A stretch of DNA of 64,000 bases from a virus: positions 1 to 64,000 of IMG/VR virus record IMGVR_UViG_3300047564_005910. The stretch is one strand, 5' to 3'. The notes under the pieces are model-generated. The model made no database searches, was not told the DNA's origin, and saw only the letters and a list, made by a program, of their open reading frames with translations. A program made the translations under genes and the position numbers. Within the stretch, counting starts at the first letter, position 1. Each line of letters starts with the position of its first letter. Below, in pieces: positions 28,201 to 37,698 of this stretch.

Positions 28201-28850
28201 CTTCTCTCTAAAACCATATAATACTCACTAACACGTAAATCAGATAAATGTAACCCTGTTGCTCGTAAAACTTTTGTAATTGGACTATAACTAACGTATC
28301 TTTTTGTTTCTTTATTAGTCTTTTTATCAATAACCCGAGACAATAATATAATACGATTTTCTTCCTGAGTAAATGCAAACGACTGTTGTTGATAGTAATC
28401 AATATTCTTTTTTGGTTCGAGTGTTATATTATAAGGGTATTCTCGAGATACAGTAAAATATAAATCATTATGTATTAAAGATATACTGTTATTGGTAATT
28501 TTAAAATATATAAAATCGTCCGTCGTATATACATGAGAAACATTAATATTTTTATCTTTAAATGTTACATAATAGTTTGAGTCTTGAAAATACAAGTAAG
28601 CATAATCATTAAGCTTAAAAGAATCAATAACTCGTTTAGGACTTTTATATAATGATTGAATATTATTACCTTTTGTTAAAATAAGTCCGCTATCTTTCTG
28701 CAAAGATGCGTCTTGTATATTATTAAAAACGTCATATGTAAAATGGGTATACCCATCAGATGTTTGGGTGTATACACCTTTAAGGTTTAAAGCGTTTTTT
28801 AGCTTAATAGGAAAAATCGGTACCTGATCGATTGTTTTTATAGTAAGCAT
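25299..28850 (-). CDS. virion protein: YHYH-like domain, RCC1 repeats and C-terminal CBM/head-spike-like domain
   Basis: IGIASNGV, HSKIFGVALDGFPIYGPYG, LDAYNGRYCVTPEYPNGTYAYF; GxNxxGQLG repeats; YTMSVFLK...YGFQIE. Confidence 0.8.
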   Translation of the reverse strand: MLTIKTIDQVPIFPIKLKNALNLKGVYTQTSDGYTHFTYDVFNNIQDASLQKDSGLILTKGNNIQSLYKSPKRVIDSFKLNDYAYLYFQDSNYYVTFKDKNINVSHVYTTDDFIYFKITNNSISLIHNDLYFTVSREYPYNITLEPKKNIDYYQQQSFAFTQEENRIILLSRVIDKKTNKETKRYVSYSPITKVLRATGLHLSDLRVSEYYMVLERRVDSFYTPDYIPQSYAVEYYNNFQDTNTTNTEIANKIPVNDINFLVHVPYKNSTDLTNKDKQQFFDIDAEIVALKNILTPSYTVAKKPKPPSFTGFNPASIFFDLDIDARYDSEQSNLIIDAKSIPSTIFKKGTFPTNEYRFSVEPQSYNFILPYNGGKNTRERFPAETKNRIIGIASNGVYLNNFCSTETLTGSNNRNIYNFDLVYTKLSGIDFAGGAPDKNNLYKYYTGEFLFNDTWEEFLGLNDYYNFSTEHYNGHSKIFGVALDGFPIYGPYGYKKPDDSLSRVTALRSSYRVLSSVPKYRPPLSSYPLGYFVQDYNYNPSYGDLDAYNGRYCVTPEYPNGTYAYFLTIDPATQRPVFPYILGQNFYGKTIYEGVSSIDPETGQPIVEPPLPIIDVTINVPLSNIFVAGRNSNGQLLNGGSSDVLVLTQTLTGGWTKISLGATHALLLSGTDLYAGGNNTYGQIATSPEREIIVSTPKQIPGKWRDIFTTHNCSFAVDFDGNLYGAGDNRDFQLGRADLPRNFINRWDISQQIQEDGTVFKKIVGGITHTLGIKSDNKLYVTGQNEEGQLGMGENTKIVRGWNILPGGSEWLDIAAGIKHSIGLAGDGKIYSTGLNDKGELGVEDVDTVYEWQECTVVPPITGTDPATGESLYSPWRKIEAGDTTSYALAETGDLFAVGSNDFGELGTTTINPVNRQWLQIPGKWDDIAAGKHHLLALSGGNLFVSGNCNLGQLGQGIKNASFFNLTQVPQSSGNIVLESNRIASWTIGGGNVRTNANVIDSPFGTKDAAIITVEQASNNYYIKPAVQGGELRVNETYTMSVFLKYYDIPFVKWELPSILRSEYGIKSGIFDLASKRVVTGNTSRIEFYKNDWIRCITTFRTPAPPIRRELYLQAAAAGQIGIYGFQIEHGPFATPYQPTSLIDSITAVPPPKILWKQIAAKSNFSYATARNTLTYTITAFDI

Positions 28851-28851
28851 A

Positions 28852-31704
28852 TTATAATTTTATTAACTCCTTAAAGCCTAGACCTGTGTTTTGTGCAACG
28901 TTTGTACCTAAATCGTTCTCGTAAACAATCCGGTTTGGTGGTTGTAGTGGTTTTTCACTAGTTAAAGTTGTAAGTTCTTTTTTATACTTATTATCTTTGC
29001 GAAGAACTGCTGCTTGTCCTTGAAAATCAAATACAAAGGTTGCATTGTTATTTACACCATAAAAATTTGTCTTTATGATGTCTTTTTGTGGTTTAGCTTT
29101 TAGTCCTATAGGGCCTATTTCTCGAGAGCAGCTACTATGAGCATCTGTGACAGCACTATATGCTGTAATAGAAGGATAAAAGGTTCTAGGATCAGTAAAA
29201 GTTGATCGAGTGTATGTATGACGAACGTTATAGTTTCGAGGATCTTCTAAATCTTTTACAGTTGGGTTTATTGTAAAAATAATATTCGAATCTCCTGTTA
29301 ATGTAGTGTGTCTCGATATTGTTACTAAAGGTGTACCGTCTCCAAAGTCCCAGTCTATTCTCTCAATAGGAAACGAACCGGGTTTTGTGCTACGAGGGGT
29401 AAACTCTATTGTAAGTGGGCTAAACCCGTAATCTGTAGAAAGAACTGCAAAGTTAGCAGTAGGACCAATTTCATCTAAACGTACTGCATCATAATCTGCA
29501 TCTTCATCATCGTAAATATAGTTATTCTCTAGATCTGCGGTTACTTTTACGCATAAGGACGGGGTATAAGTTTGTGGTACGGTATAGACGTGTTCTATTT
29601 CTGCATCTGCACTGTAGCCCTCTCTTAACCAAAGTTTTGGGTTGTCTCCGGTTCTTAATGTTTCGTCCCATCTATATTTTTTCCACGAAGGGTCTGTTGA
29701 GCCCCAGCCTATATCAATATAGGATTGAGCATATTGCTGCCACCAGCGAGCTTCAAAATAATATATTTTTTCTTTTTGAAGTAGTAAACTTTTTCGTTGT
29801 AGAGATGAACGATCCCAATGCTTTTGACTTTCAGGGTATATAGTATCGCCGTTATACGGGTAATTACGACATATTAAGTAGTCAAACGGGTAATCTTGCA
29901 AGTCTGTTTCGTTAGGTTCTTCACAATATAGTAAAACAGAATCACAATCAGAACCTAATGAAAAGGTATGATAGCTTGTCTCTTGAGGTTTAAAGTACCA
30001 TGAAATACGATGCACTTTACCTTCGGGGTTGTTAATAGTGTTTATAGCAGGTACTGATGGTATAAGTGCTGAAAATCTCGAATTGTTAATATCTGTTAAC
30101 AATAATAGTTGCGGTTCCCATACTAAAATATATTTGCCAAAAGGATCAGCATTTTCAAAGAAAACGTTATTGGCAGAAGTTTGTATATTTAAAGAATAGT
30201 TGTTTGTATCTAAAATAGAAAACCCGTATGTACAGGTGCCAGTATACTGCGCTGTACCGGTCATTGCTAAATAATACCACCCATCTCCTACATCTTGTAT
30301 TTGATAAGCGGTAACATTACCCTTTTTTTGTAAAAGAATACCTGATTGAAGATCCCAGTCTGTAAAGCATGGGGTTGTTAAAAAGCACGGACCACCTAAA
30401 TTTAGTCTTACTTTAAATACGCTACCTAGAGGTTTAACAAAAATACTAGCTATTAAAGAGCTACCTGCATTAAAGACTTGACCCGTCGGTTGTGTGATAC
30501 TGTAAAAGCTTTTTTCTGGTGGGCCCTGCATACGTATTAAACATGCATCTCTGGAAGATAAACTGGCTGTCGAATTAGGGGCAAACCCCGCATAGTTAAT
30601 TGCATCTACACCGTTTAATAACCAGTTAGAAGGGGCAAATTCAAGAGCAGGTTCAACTAATGTCGGAGCTATTCGAGACGGCTCTCTAAGCTTATTGCGA
30701 CTGTAAATTAAATTAGCATCGTTACGATCATATCCGTTTATATGAAGACTTTGTACAGGTAATAAGGAGACCGGGTTTACTGTCTGTATAACAGGGTCTC
30801 TAACACCGCCTTCTTGTATAGTTAAATTAAACTGCTCTCTTGTAAGATTAGCTGATGCTTGCGGAACGTTTAATTTGCTTGCTAAGTCATCTGTATAATT
30901 TAACTTTTTAAAAATAATTTTTAAGCTTGTTGCACAAGAAGAAAACGTATTTACAGAAGATACTGTACCTGCAAATTCTGGATTACGAGATAAAAATGTA
31001 GTAGGGGCTTCTTCTCGTAAATAAAGACGTCTATTAAAACTTGGTATAAGGCTCGGAGGGGTTGATTTTAGTGTTTCTACGGTTGCTAATAAATCTGGGG
31101 GTGTTGTATATACCTGGGCCCAGCGCTCGTACAATACAGGTCTTTGAGATGAATCCGTATATTCAATTGTACCAATATTATCACCAAACTGCAGCAGGCT
31201 ACCTGAAAGTTCTTTTACCATGTTAATCGCACCTCTTGGAGGCACAACGCTAAGTAAATTTACAACAGTTTCCGGGTATTCAAAAATATCTAAATCGTTA
31301 TCTAATGAATCAGAAATTTTAATTGCTTCATCAGCAGCTGAATAGTAATGAGTCAGGGTGCTTCTAACCCTATAGCCATTTGTGGCTTGTCCCGCCCATG
31401 ACCAAACTGCTCCATATCGGTCTTCAAAAGGGTGAAACGGCTCTCTAGGGTTAAAGGACGTTATATTATTTGTTTCAGTGTAATAGTTATCTGCATTAAA
31501 CGTTAAGAAAGTTTGTAAACGAAATCTAGGAACAACATCCGTGGTAATAAGATAACGTACTTTTGTTACCGGTGCATATCCCGAAACAAAATTGTTTATA
31601 GATTCTAGAGGTTTAAAAGATACAGGTAGCCCTCGATCCCAATTGTAACCGTCTTCTACTGTTAAACCGCTTATAACTGCAAAATTACTACGTAGTATTA
31701 TCAC
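28852..31704 (-). CDS. virion protein with CBM-like, PA14-like and PKD domains
   Basis: SIFVK...GDGWYYL; FKPQETSYHTFSLGSDCDS; WDFGDG. Confidence 0.7.
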   Translation of the reverse strand: MIILRSNFAVISGLTVEDGYNWDRGLPVSFKPLESINNFVSGYAPVTKVRYLITTDVVPRFRLQTFLTFNADNYYTETNNITSFNPREPFHPFEDRYGAVWSWAGQATNGYRVRSTLTHYYSAADEAIKISDSLDNDLDIFEYPETVVNLLSVVPPRGAINMVKELSGSLLQFGDNIGTIEYTDSSQRPVLYERWAQVYTTPPDLLATVETLKSTPPSLIPSFNRRLYLREEAPTTFLSRNPEFAGTVSSVNTFSSCATSLKIIFKKLNYTDDLASKLNVPQASANLTREQFNLTIQEGGVRDPVIQTVNPVSLLPVQSLHINGYDRNDANLIYSRNKLREPSRIAPTLVEPALEFAPSNWLLNGVDAINYAGFAPNSTASLSSRDACLIRMQGPPEKSFYSITQPTGQVFNAGSSLIASIFVKPLGSVFKVRLNLGGPCFLTTPCFTDWDLQSGILLQKKGNVTAYQIQDVGDGWYYLAMTGTAQYTGTCTYGFSILDTNNYSLNIQTSANNVFFENADPFGKYILVWEPQLLLLTDINNSRFSALIPSVPAINTINNPEGKVHRISWYFKPQETSYHTFSLGSDCDSVLLYCEEPNETDLQDYPFDYLICRNYPYNGDTIYPESQKHWDRSSLQRKSLLLQKEKIYYFEARWWQQYAQSYIDIGWGSTDPSWKKYRWDETLRTGDNPKLWLREGYSADAEIEHVYTVPQTYTPSLCVKVTADLENNYIYDDEDADYDAVRLDEIGPTANFAVLSTDYGFSPLTIEFTPRSTKPGSFPIERIDWDFGDGTPLVTISRHTTLTGDSNIIFTINPTVKDLEDPRNYNVRHTYTRSTFTDPRTFYPSITAYSAVTDAHSSCSREIGPIGLKAKPQKDIIKTNFYGVNNNATFVFDFQGQAAVLRKDNKYKKELTTLTSEKPLQPPNRIVYENDLGTNVAQNTGLGFKELIKL

Positions 31705-31716
31705 AATAATATTTAA

Positions 31717-34700
31717 TTACTGTTCACGCCATGTTAAACCGGCATATACCTTAGCTTTTGGATAAACCGGTGTAGGCGGCAGTACTAATCTTCTTACAAA
31801 TGTAGCATCCTTACTTAAATATGCCGATAGTACCGTACTTCGGGTTTCACAGTATATAGGGGATCCTGATAAAGGTAACACTTGACCGAGAGTTAACTTA
31901 AATCTATTATCTTTTGCGGCAGTTATTAATGCAATATTATTAATAAGAGGGTGTCTATTGTTTATTGAAGTCCACGTTGATGTGTATAAATCTTCAGTTG
32001 ACCCCGTGCAAGCTAATAATTCGGTAGTTAAATGCTGTAATTCCCAACGACTGTTAATCTCGTTCCAATATAACTTAACCCCTGTAGCTCCAATGACCCC
32101 TGTGTAAAGTTTTTTAGGTACGGTGTATTCATAGCTACTAGCGGCACCAAAAGCCGCTACTGTTATACTTTCGCTACTTGCAGTAGAAAACGTTACTGTG
32201 TATGTATTTACTTTAAACCCTGATAATTCTGTTGGTAAAGATACAGACGAAATACCATATCTATCTAAGGTACCGTTGTACGCAAAATTAGCACTTAGAG
32301 ACGTTAAAGGGGTATTATTGACCATTACAAATGTCTGAGCGGTGGGGTCATAACCTGCCCCTGTTAAGCTTAAAGATATACTCGTTAACGTATAACGCGT
32401 GACACTTGTTTCTGGGCCAGTTTCATACAAAGAGCTTAACCCCGCCAAGGGAGTACTCCAATTTATACTAATAACCTCTCTAGCATTAGCAAAAACCTGT
32501 ATATCACCCGGTACTGTTACTGGCGAGGCATCAAAACCAGGATATATAACACTAACTATATCTTTTTCAGCAGATAAACCAAGTTGACCGTATGTATTGT
32601 TACCGGCAGTAAATAAACTTGTACCGCATAAAATAGCTGTGTGGGTATCACCGCATATAGCATCAAGATCTTTGTTTGTAACAACAACCTTTTGAGGGGT
32701 GTTGTAGTTTTGATACGAATTTAAGCCTAACTGACCGTATTGGTTGTCTCCAGTAGCGTATAATACGTGATATATATTATCAGAAGATAATAATAAAGTG
32801 TGGTTACCTCTGGCTGCAGCTTTTGTCCAACCTTGGTTATTGCCTATTAAGGTAAATAGGTTGCGGTTATTATTATCCCCTAAACCTAATTGACCGCTTG
32901 TATTAAGCCCGCAGCTATATGCATTATAAGTGGATAACGATATAACTCTAGAAGTTGTTATTGTCGGAAAGTCATCATCTTCTACAACAGAAACAACCCT
33001 TACCGGTACACTTGATAGAGGCCCGGCGCTAAGAGCTATTGTATGTTGGTTACCGCATACTATATCCTTCCAGTTACCGGGGTTAGCAGGATTGAGGTCA
33101 TTTAATCTCTGAAATGTTGTATAACTATTGCCATACGAGCCAATTCCTAGCTGCCCGTATGTGTTATCCCCTGTTGCGTACCAAACATTTTGATTAGAAA
33201 ATCTTGTTTTTGCAAATGTACATGCACTTCCAGGTACAATCTGGGTGTATAATGTTTCTGATAACGGGGTAAAAGCTGTAACATTATTTGTATGGCCTAA
33301 ACCTAACTGACCGTAACCGTTTTCTCCTGATACAAACCATGTATCTTCTGTAGCTGATAATAAAAATGTGTTATTTTTACCGCATACAACGTCTTTAAAT
33401 GATCCTGTTAAAGATCTAAACAACGAAACACTAGGTATAGATAGTGGTAGACCTAACTGACCGTGACTATTCGATCCGGCTACAAAGACTTGGTTGTTAT
33501 TATCAATAACAATAACATGTCGATCCCCAACACCAATTTTTTTATACGATCTTTGTAATTCAGTAAACTTATATTTGTTACTGCTGTCGTTATTTAAACC
33601 AAACTGAGAATTTAAATTGTAACCTGTAGCCGCAATGTCTTTTGGTTTAAAGTCATTAATGTCAAATCCCGATACGGTGGTCCGAGCTGTAATATAAACA
33701 GAATTCCATGGCTGAGATTCTTTTTTCTTTAATGTATTTGAAAGATATTCTGCTACAAGACCAAAATACGGGCTTATATCATACTGGATAACTTCACCTT
33801 TAGGTACGTAAAACGCTGCTATTGTACGAGTAGCCATATTTTCGCGATATTTACCGTTTTTAATATCAGAAGCGGTTATAAACCCTTTGTCATAAAGTGG
33901 TTGTGATGATTGAAAATCTAGTTTTGCCGCAGTACCGGGCATGTCTTTGAGTACTACAAAGTTAGGAGGCTGGGTTAACGCATTACTTTTACCTGGGTAC
34001 ACACACGATAAACCAGGTGTACCGGTTAACATCCTGCTTGTAACAATATCAACAGGTGTTAAGCGTACAGAAGAAAGTGGTATCCATGTCGGGCTCACAG
34101 TTTGTTGATCCTGTGTCCAGTAATCAGATATAACTACACAGTCTTTAATACTTGCTCCTTTATGTCCAATAAAAACTAAACGCCACGGTTCGCCAATTTC
34201 TCTTGGTTGAGCACCTGATCTATTACCTTTAGGTGGTAAATCCTTCCACCCGTTAACATTATCAATACCTTTAGTTTGAGGTTGAAGAAACCCTATAGAC
34301 ATGTGAGTGTTTACTGCAGATGCATGAGCGAAAAGAATACCTGGTCGACCTGCATCGTATGTGAAGGGTTGAAATTTAGTATTTTTTCTTTGGTTTGCAG
34401 TTTGGTTTCGTATATCGTACCAAGGTTCTCTAAGGGCTACTCTTGAAAGACCTCGAGGATATATTTGTAAAGTAGGTCCTCCACCTTCAGTTAATGAAAC
34501 TCTATCAATTGGAAGACCATATTGTGGGAACGCACCTCTGTTTTTAACATTATTAACACTAGGTCTATAAGGGTACGGATAAACGTTTATATTTGTAAGA
34601 GGTATATAATCTGGTAAAGTATCTTTTATTATATAAACTTTACTATTTGTAAGCCCTGTAAATAAGAAAGGCATATACACAGTGTTAACATTTTGTGTAT

Positions 34701-37695
34701 ACGGTACACCAAAAGATCCATTAACTTTCAGTGTAAATGCATAATCTGATAATATTTCTTGAACTTGGTATTTTTTAGTTCTATCGTTTGTTTGTGCTAA
34801 CTGATTATCCGGCACAGTAGGTTGCTCTACGGCGTGTACAAAAGTAAATACTTCCCCTTTCTTAAGCATGTGTGGTAACTCTGTGCAAATAACCGGTATG
34901 GGGTTAGTTGTAGGGTCAGGGGAGCCCATATTGTCAATGTACCGGACATAATTTCGTAAAAAGTAACGACCTATATAACCTTCGTATGTAGGTGTATTTG
35001 CGTAATAGCGATCTTCTCTTAACGGTCCTTGATGGGAAGACCCTAAATTACAGCTAATCCAATACTCCTCTTTACCATTAAAGGTTTCGCGAGATATTGC
35101 CTGGCGGTCAAGTATTTCTAAATTAAATTCAAACATAGACCCGGTTACATAAGGGTATACACTGACAAACGCATGACCAAAATTGTTTCTAGATGAATTT
35201 GTAGGGTTTAGTTCGGGTCCAAGAGTCGCCTGATCCTCCCATACGGTATGAGGACCGGTTGTTCCAGTTTCAGCCCCGATACCGTAACCCCCGGGCATAC
35301 GTTCATTGAACATATTCATGTTTGCCCAGCCACTTAATGGGCTAGACAGCCATATTACGTCTCCTTTTACGCATGTTTTAAACCAGTCATCAGGTCCCTT
35401 TGTAGGGTCAAAGTCTCCTACAGCAGAAATATAGGTATTAAAAATACCTGTTCTAGTGCGAGGGGAATTAACCCAGGGGTCCCCGGTTGGGTTTCTTTCA
35501 TCGTAAACAACAAAATCATTATCTTCAACCTTACCGGGCGGTAATCTAGAATCAGACCATAGACCTACTACCCCTGGGTAATCGTCAGATGTTGCAAATG
35601 GGTCCCACCATTTAAATTGAAATCTATTACATGCAATATTTGTATCGCTTTGAAAAATACGAGCTCCAACTAAAACTTCTCGGGCTGCTGAACCTGAAAT
35701 ACCAAATGTACCCGATAAGGCCCGTAAATTGTACGCTCCCCATTCTTCGTGTGCTCCTGCTGAGTCTGTTTCATCGTAACCTGTATAACCGCTATCTTCT
35801 GCAGATAAGAGAAAAAAGGCTGCAGGGTTATTTGCTAAAATAGTTCCAGAAATTGACGGGTGTGGTATATTAAGTGGTTGCAACTCCGCGCCTTTTGTAA
35901 TACCTTGTACCAAGTTACTTGTTGGTTTCCAAACTACTTCTACTAAGCAGTTTTCAGATGTACTAATATTAATAAGGGACGGTAATATTAGCTTACTATT
36001 AGGTATCATTTCACCAAATGAGCTTTTTATTGCATCTGTTGTTGAAATACCTACTAGAGGTACCGGGTCTTGACTTACTTCTTTTAAAATGTCAGTGTAA
36101 CGGGTATTTTGTATCATTGTGCCTTCGTCGGCCCCTTCAATATACGACGAAACACCGTACTTCTTAAGAGAAACCCGTGCACCTGCTCGTGCAAAAGTAA
36201 AATACTTAATTTGCATTACCGGGCTATTTAAAACCGGTTCTTTAAATAACTGACCGCCTTCAATTTCGTGTAGACATACCCATTCAGCCTTGTCATTATC
36301 TTGGTTAAGGTATGCAAAAAATCTAGCGCCAGCTGCACCGTACCAACTAAACTCTATTTTGTACATTGTTACCTTATCAAAATCTATAACCGATCCTGAG
36401 GGGCCTTTGCCATCAACTGTATCATTCTTAAAGTCTTTTTGATAGACTTTAGTTAACTCTGGCGCATCCGGGTCAATACTAACAAATTTAGTTGCGGCCG
36501 GTGAAACGCAATAAAATGGATCATCAGGGTATGTACCTAATGTGCTTGTTGATTGAACATTGTTATAGTCGGTCTGTATGCCCCATGTTTTTACCGTTAA
36601 ATTACTATCCCCGCGGTAATGTCTACGACGGTTAACAGAAAAAGCCACTTCACTTAACGTACCCTGTCTTCCATTACCGGATAATTCAAAATAATATGCG
36701 TCACTTGCGTTACCTACACCCCAACGCGTGATATTACCTGGAGGGCTTTCATAAAAATCTTCATTACCTAATTCATACGCTTGTAAAACCTGCTCATCAG
36801 ATAAACTATAGGCGTTGTCAACACGAGCTTTAATACCGAACGTAAATACATTAGCGCGGCCCGGTAGATACTTAAATGATCTTTGAGTTTCCAGCATTTG
36901 AAAACCGAAACCTGCAGGGTGCAGGCCTGGAAATAAAGACTCGATCTGTGGACCAAGAAAATAAGGAGCACTTTCTGCAGCTAACTCTACAAAAAGCTCA
37001 ACACAGGATTCGTCTCCGCGAAACTGCAAACCAGTGCCGCGATAATAGTTCGGAAAATCAGGTAGTACATATTTATCAATAGCGGCGGATACCTCAGGTG
37101 TTATTGTTCTTGGAGAGTTAAACCACGTACTACTTTCACCCCACGGGTATGACATAGTGTACCAGCCACGGTGTTGCCAAATCACTGAATTGATACCGTA
37201 CCTTGTTACCTCTTCAATTTGTGTTGATGTTTCTTCTTCCCGAGGTATACCTAACATTGATATATCTACTTCTGTTTGTATACCAAAATCGTTTTTTTCT
37301 TTTTCAATTATTATATACCGGTCTATAGGTAAATTAATAGAAAGAGCGACATCTTTGTAATTTTGTTTTTTACGAACCGGCCCGACTATAGAGCTACGTT
37401 TTACAATATAACCGTTACTACAAAGTGTTGTGTAATTTGTTGTATCAATAGGTATACTAAATCTACGACCGTCAATCACGGTTGCAGGATACTCAATAAA
37501 GTTTATAAAAGGATTAGTACCGTTATCATAAACGGTAATTACGTCTAAATCTCCGTATAAACCGTGGTTTTTTTCAGTAGCAATTACCGTAGCACTACCC
37601 GGTACAACAGCAGAAATAGCTATTTTTGTAAATGTTGTATTTTCGCCGGGTAAATATTTTCTATTAAACGGTACTGTTACTTTGGTATCTGCCAT
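31717..37695 (-). CDS. giant virion structural/fibre protein with RCC1 repeats
   Basis: ISMLGIPRE, FKYLPGR, DFDKVTMYKIEFSWYGAAGA; many GxNxYGQLG repeats; ends LTWREQ. Confidence 0.75.
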   Translation of the reverse strand: MADTKVTVPFNRKYLPGENTTFTKIAISAVVPGSATVIATEKNHGLYGDLDVITVYDNGTNPFINFIEYPATVIDGRRFSIPIDTTNYTTLCSNGYIVKRSSIVGPVRKKQNYKDVALSINLPIDRYIIIEKEKNDFGIQTEVDISMLGIPREEETSTQIEEVTRYGINSVIWQHRGWYTMSYPWGESSTWFNSPRTITPEVSAAIDKYVLPDFPNYYRGTGLQFRGDESCVELFVELAAESAPYFLGPQIESLFPGLHPAGFGFQMLETQRSFKYLPGRANVFTFGIKARVDNAYSLSDEQVLQAYELGNEDFYESPPGNITRWGVGNASDAYYFELSGNGRQGTLSEVAFSVNRRRHYRGDSNLTVKTWGIQTDYNNVQSTSTLGTYPDDPFYCVSPAATKFVSIDPDAPELTKVYQKDFKNDTVDGKGPSGSVIDFDKVTMYKIEFSWYGAAGARFFAYLNQDNDKAEWVCLHEIEGGQLFKEPVLNSPVMQIKYFTFARAGARVSLKKYGVSSYIEGADEGTMIQNTRYTDILKEVSQDPVPLVGISTTDAIKSSFGEMIPNSKLILPSLINISTSENCLVEVVWKPTSNLVQGITKGAELQPLNIPHPSISGTILANNPAAFFLLSAEDSGYTGYDETDSAGAHEEWGAYNLRALSGTFGISGSAAREVLVGARIFQSDTNIACNRFQFKWWDPFATSDDYPGVVGLWSDSRLPPGKVEDNDFVVYDERNPTGDPWVNSPRTRTGIFNTYISAVGDFDPTKGPDDWFKTCVKGDVIWLSSPLSGWANMNMFNERMPGGYGIGAETGTTGPHTVWEDQATLGPELNPTNSSRNNFGHAFVSVYPYVTGSMFEFNLEILDRQAISRETFNGKEEYWISCNLGSSHQGPLREDRYYANTPTYEGYIGRYFLRNYVRYIDNMGSPDPTTNPIPVICTELPHMLKKGEVFTFVHAVEQPTVPDNQLAQTNDRTKKYQVQEILSDYAFTLKVNGSFGVPYTQNVNTVYMPFLFTGLTNSKVYIIKDTLPDYIPLTNINVYPYPYRPSVNNVKNRGAFPQYGLPIDRVSLTEGGGPTLQIYPRGLSRVALREPWYDIRNQTANQRKNTKFQPFTYDAGRPGILFAHASAVNTHMSIGFLQPQTKGIDNVNGWKDLPPKGNRSGAQPREIGEPWRLVFIGHKGASIKDCVVISDYWTQDQQTVSPTWIPLSSVRLTPVDIVTSRMLTGTPGLSCVYPGKSNALTQPPNFVVLKDMPGTAAKLDFQSSQPLYDKGFITASDIKNGKYRENMATRTIAAFYVPKGEVIQYDISPYFGLVAEYLSNTLKKKESQPWNSVYITARTTVSGFDINDFKPKDIAATGYNLNSQFGLNNDSSNKYKFTELQRSYKKIGVGDRHVIVIDNNNQVFVAGSNSHGQLGLPLSIPSVSLFRSLTGSFKDVVCGKNNTFLLSATEDTWFVSGENGYGQLGLGHTNNVTAFTPLSETLYTQIVPGSACTFAKTRFSNQNVWYATGDNTYGQLGIGSYGNSYTTFQRLNDLNPANPGNWKDIVCGNQHTIALSAGPLSSVPVRVVSVVEDDDFPTITTSRVISLSTYNAYSCGLNTSGQLGLGDNNNRNLFTLIGNNQGWTKAAARGNHTLLLSSDNIYHVLYATGDNQYGQLGLNSYQNYNTPQKVVVTNKDLDAICGDTHTAILCGTSLFTAGNNTYGQLGLSAEKDIVSVIYPGFDASPVTVPGDIQVFANAREVISINWSTPLAGLSSLYETGPETSVTRYTLTSISLSLTGAGYDPTAQTFVMVNNTPLTSLSANFAYNGTLDRYGISSVSLPTELSGFKVNTYTVTFSTASSESITVAAFGAASSYEYTVPKKLYTGVIGATGVKLYWNEINSRWELQHLTTELLACTGSTEDLYTSTWTSINNRHPLINNIALITAAKDNRFKLTLGQVLPLSGSPIYCETRSTVLSAYLSKDATFVRRLVLPPTPVYPKAKVYAGLTWREQ

Positions 37696-37698
37696 GGA

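Noticed and set aside
25900-33620. CRISPR array or DGR repeats
   Set aside because: The repeats are degenerate protein-level RCC1 units; no identical DNA repeats, adenine-specific TR/VR pair or reverse transcriptase seen
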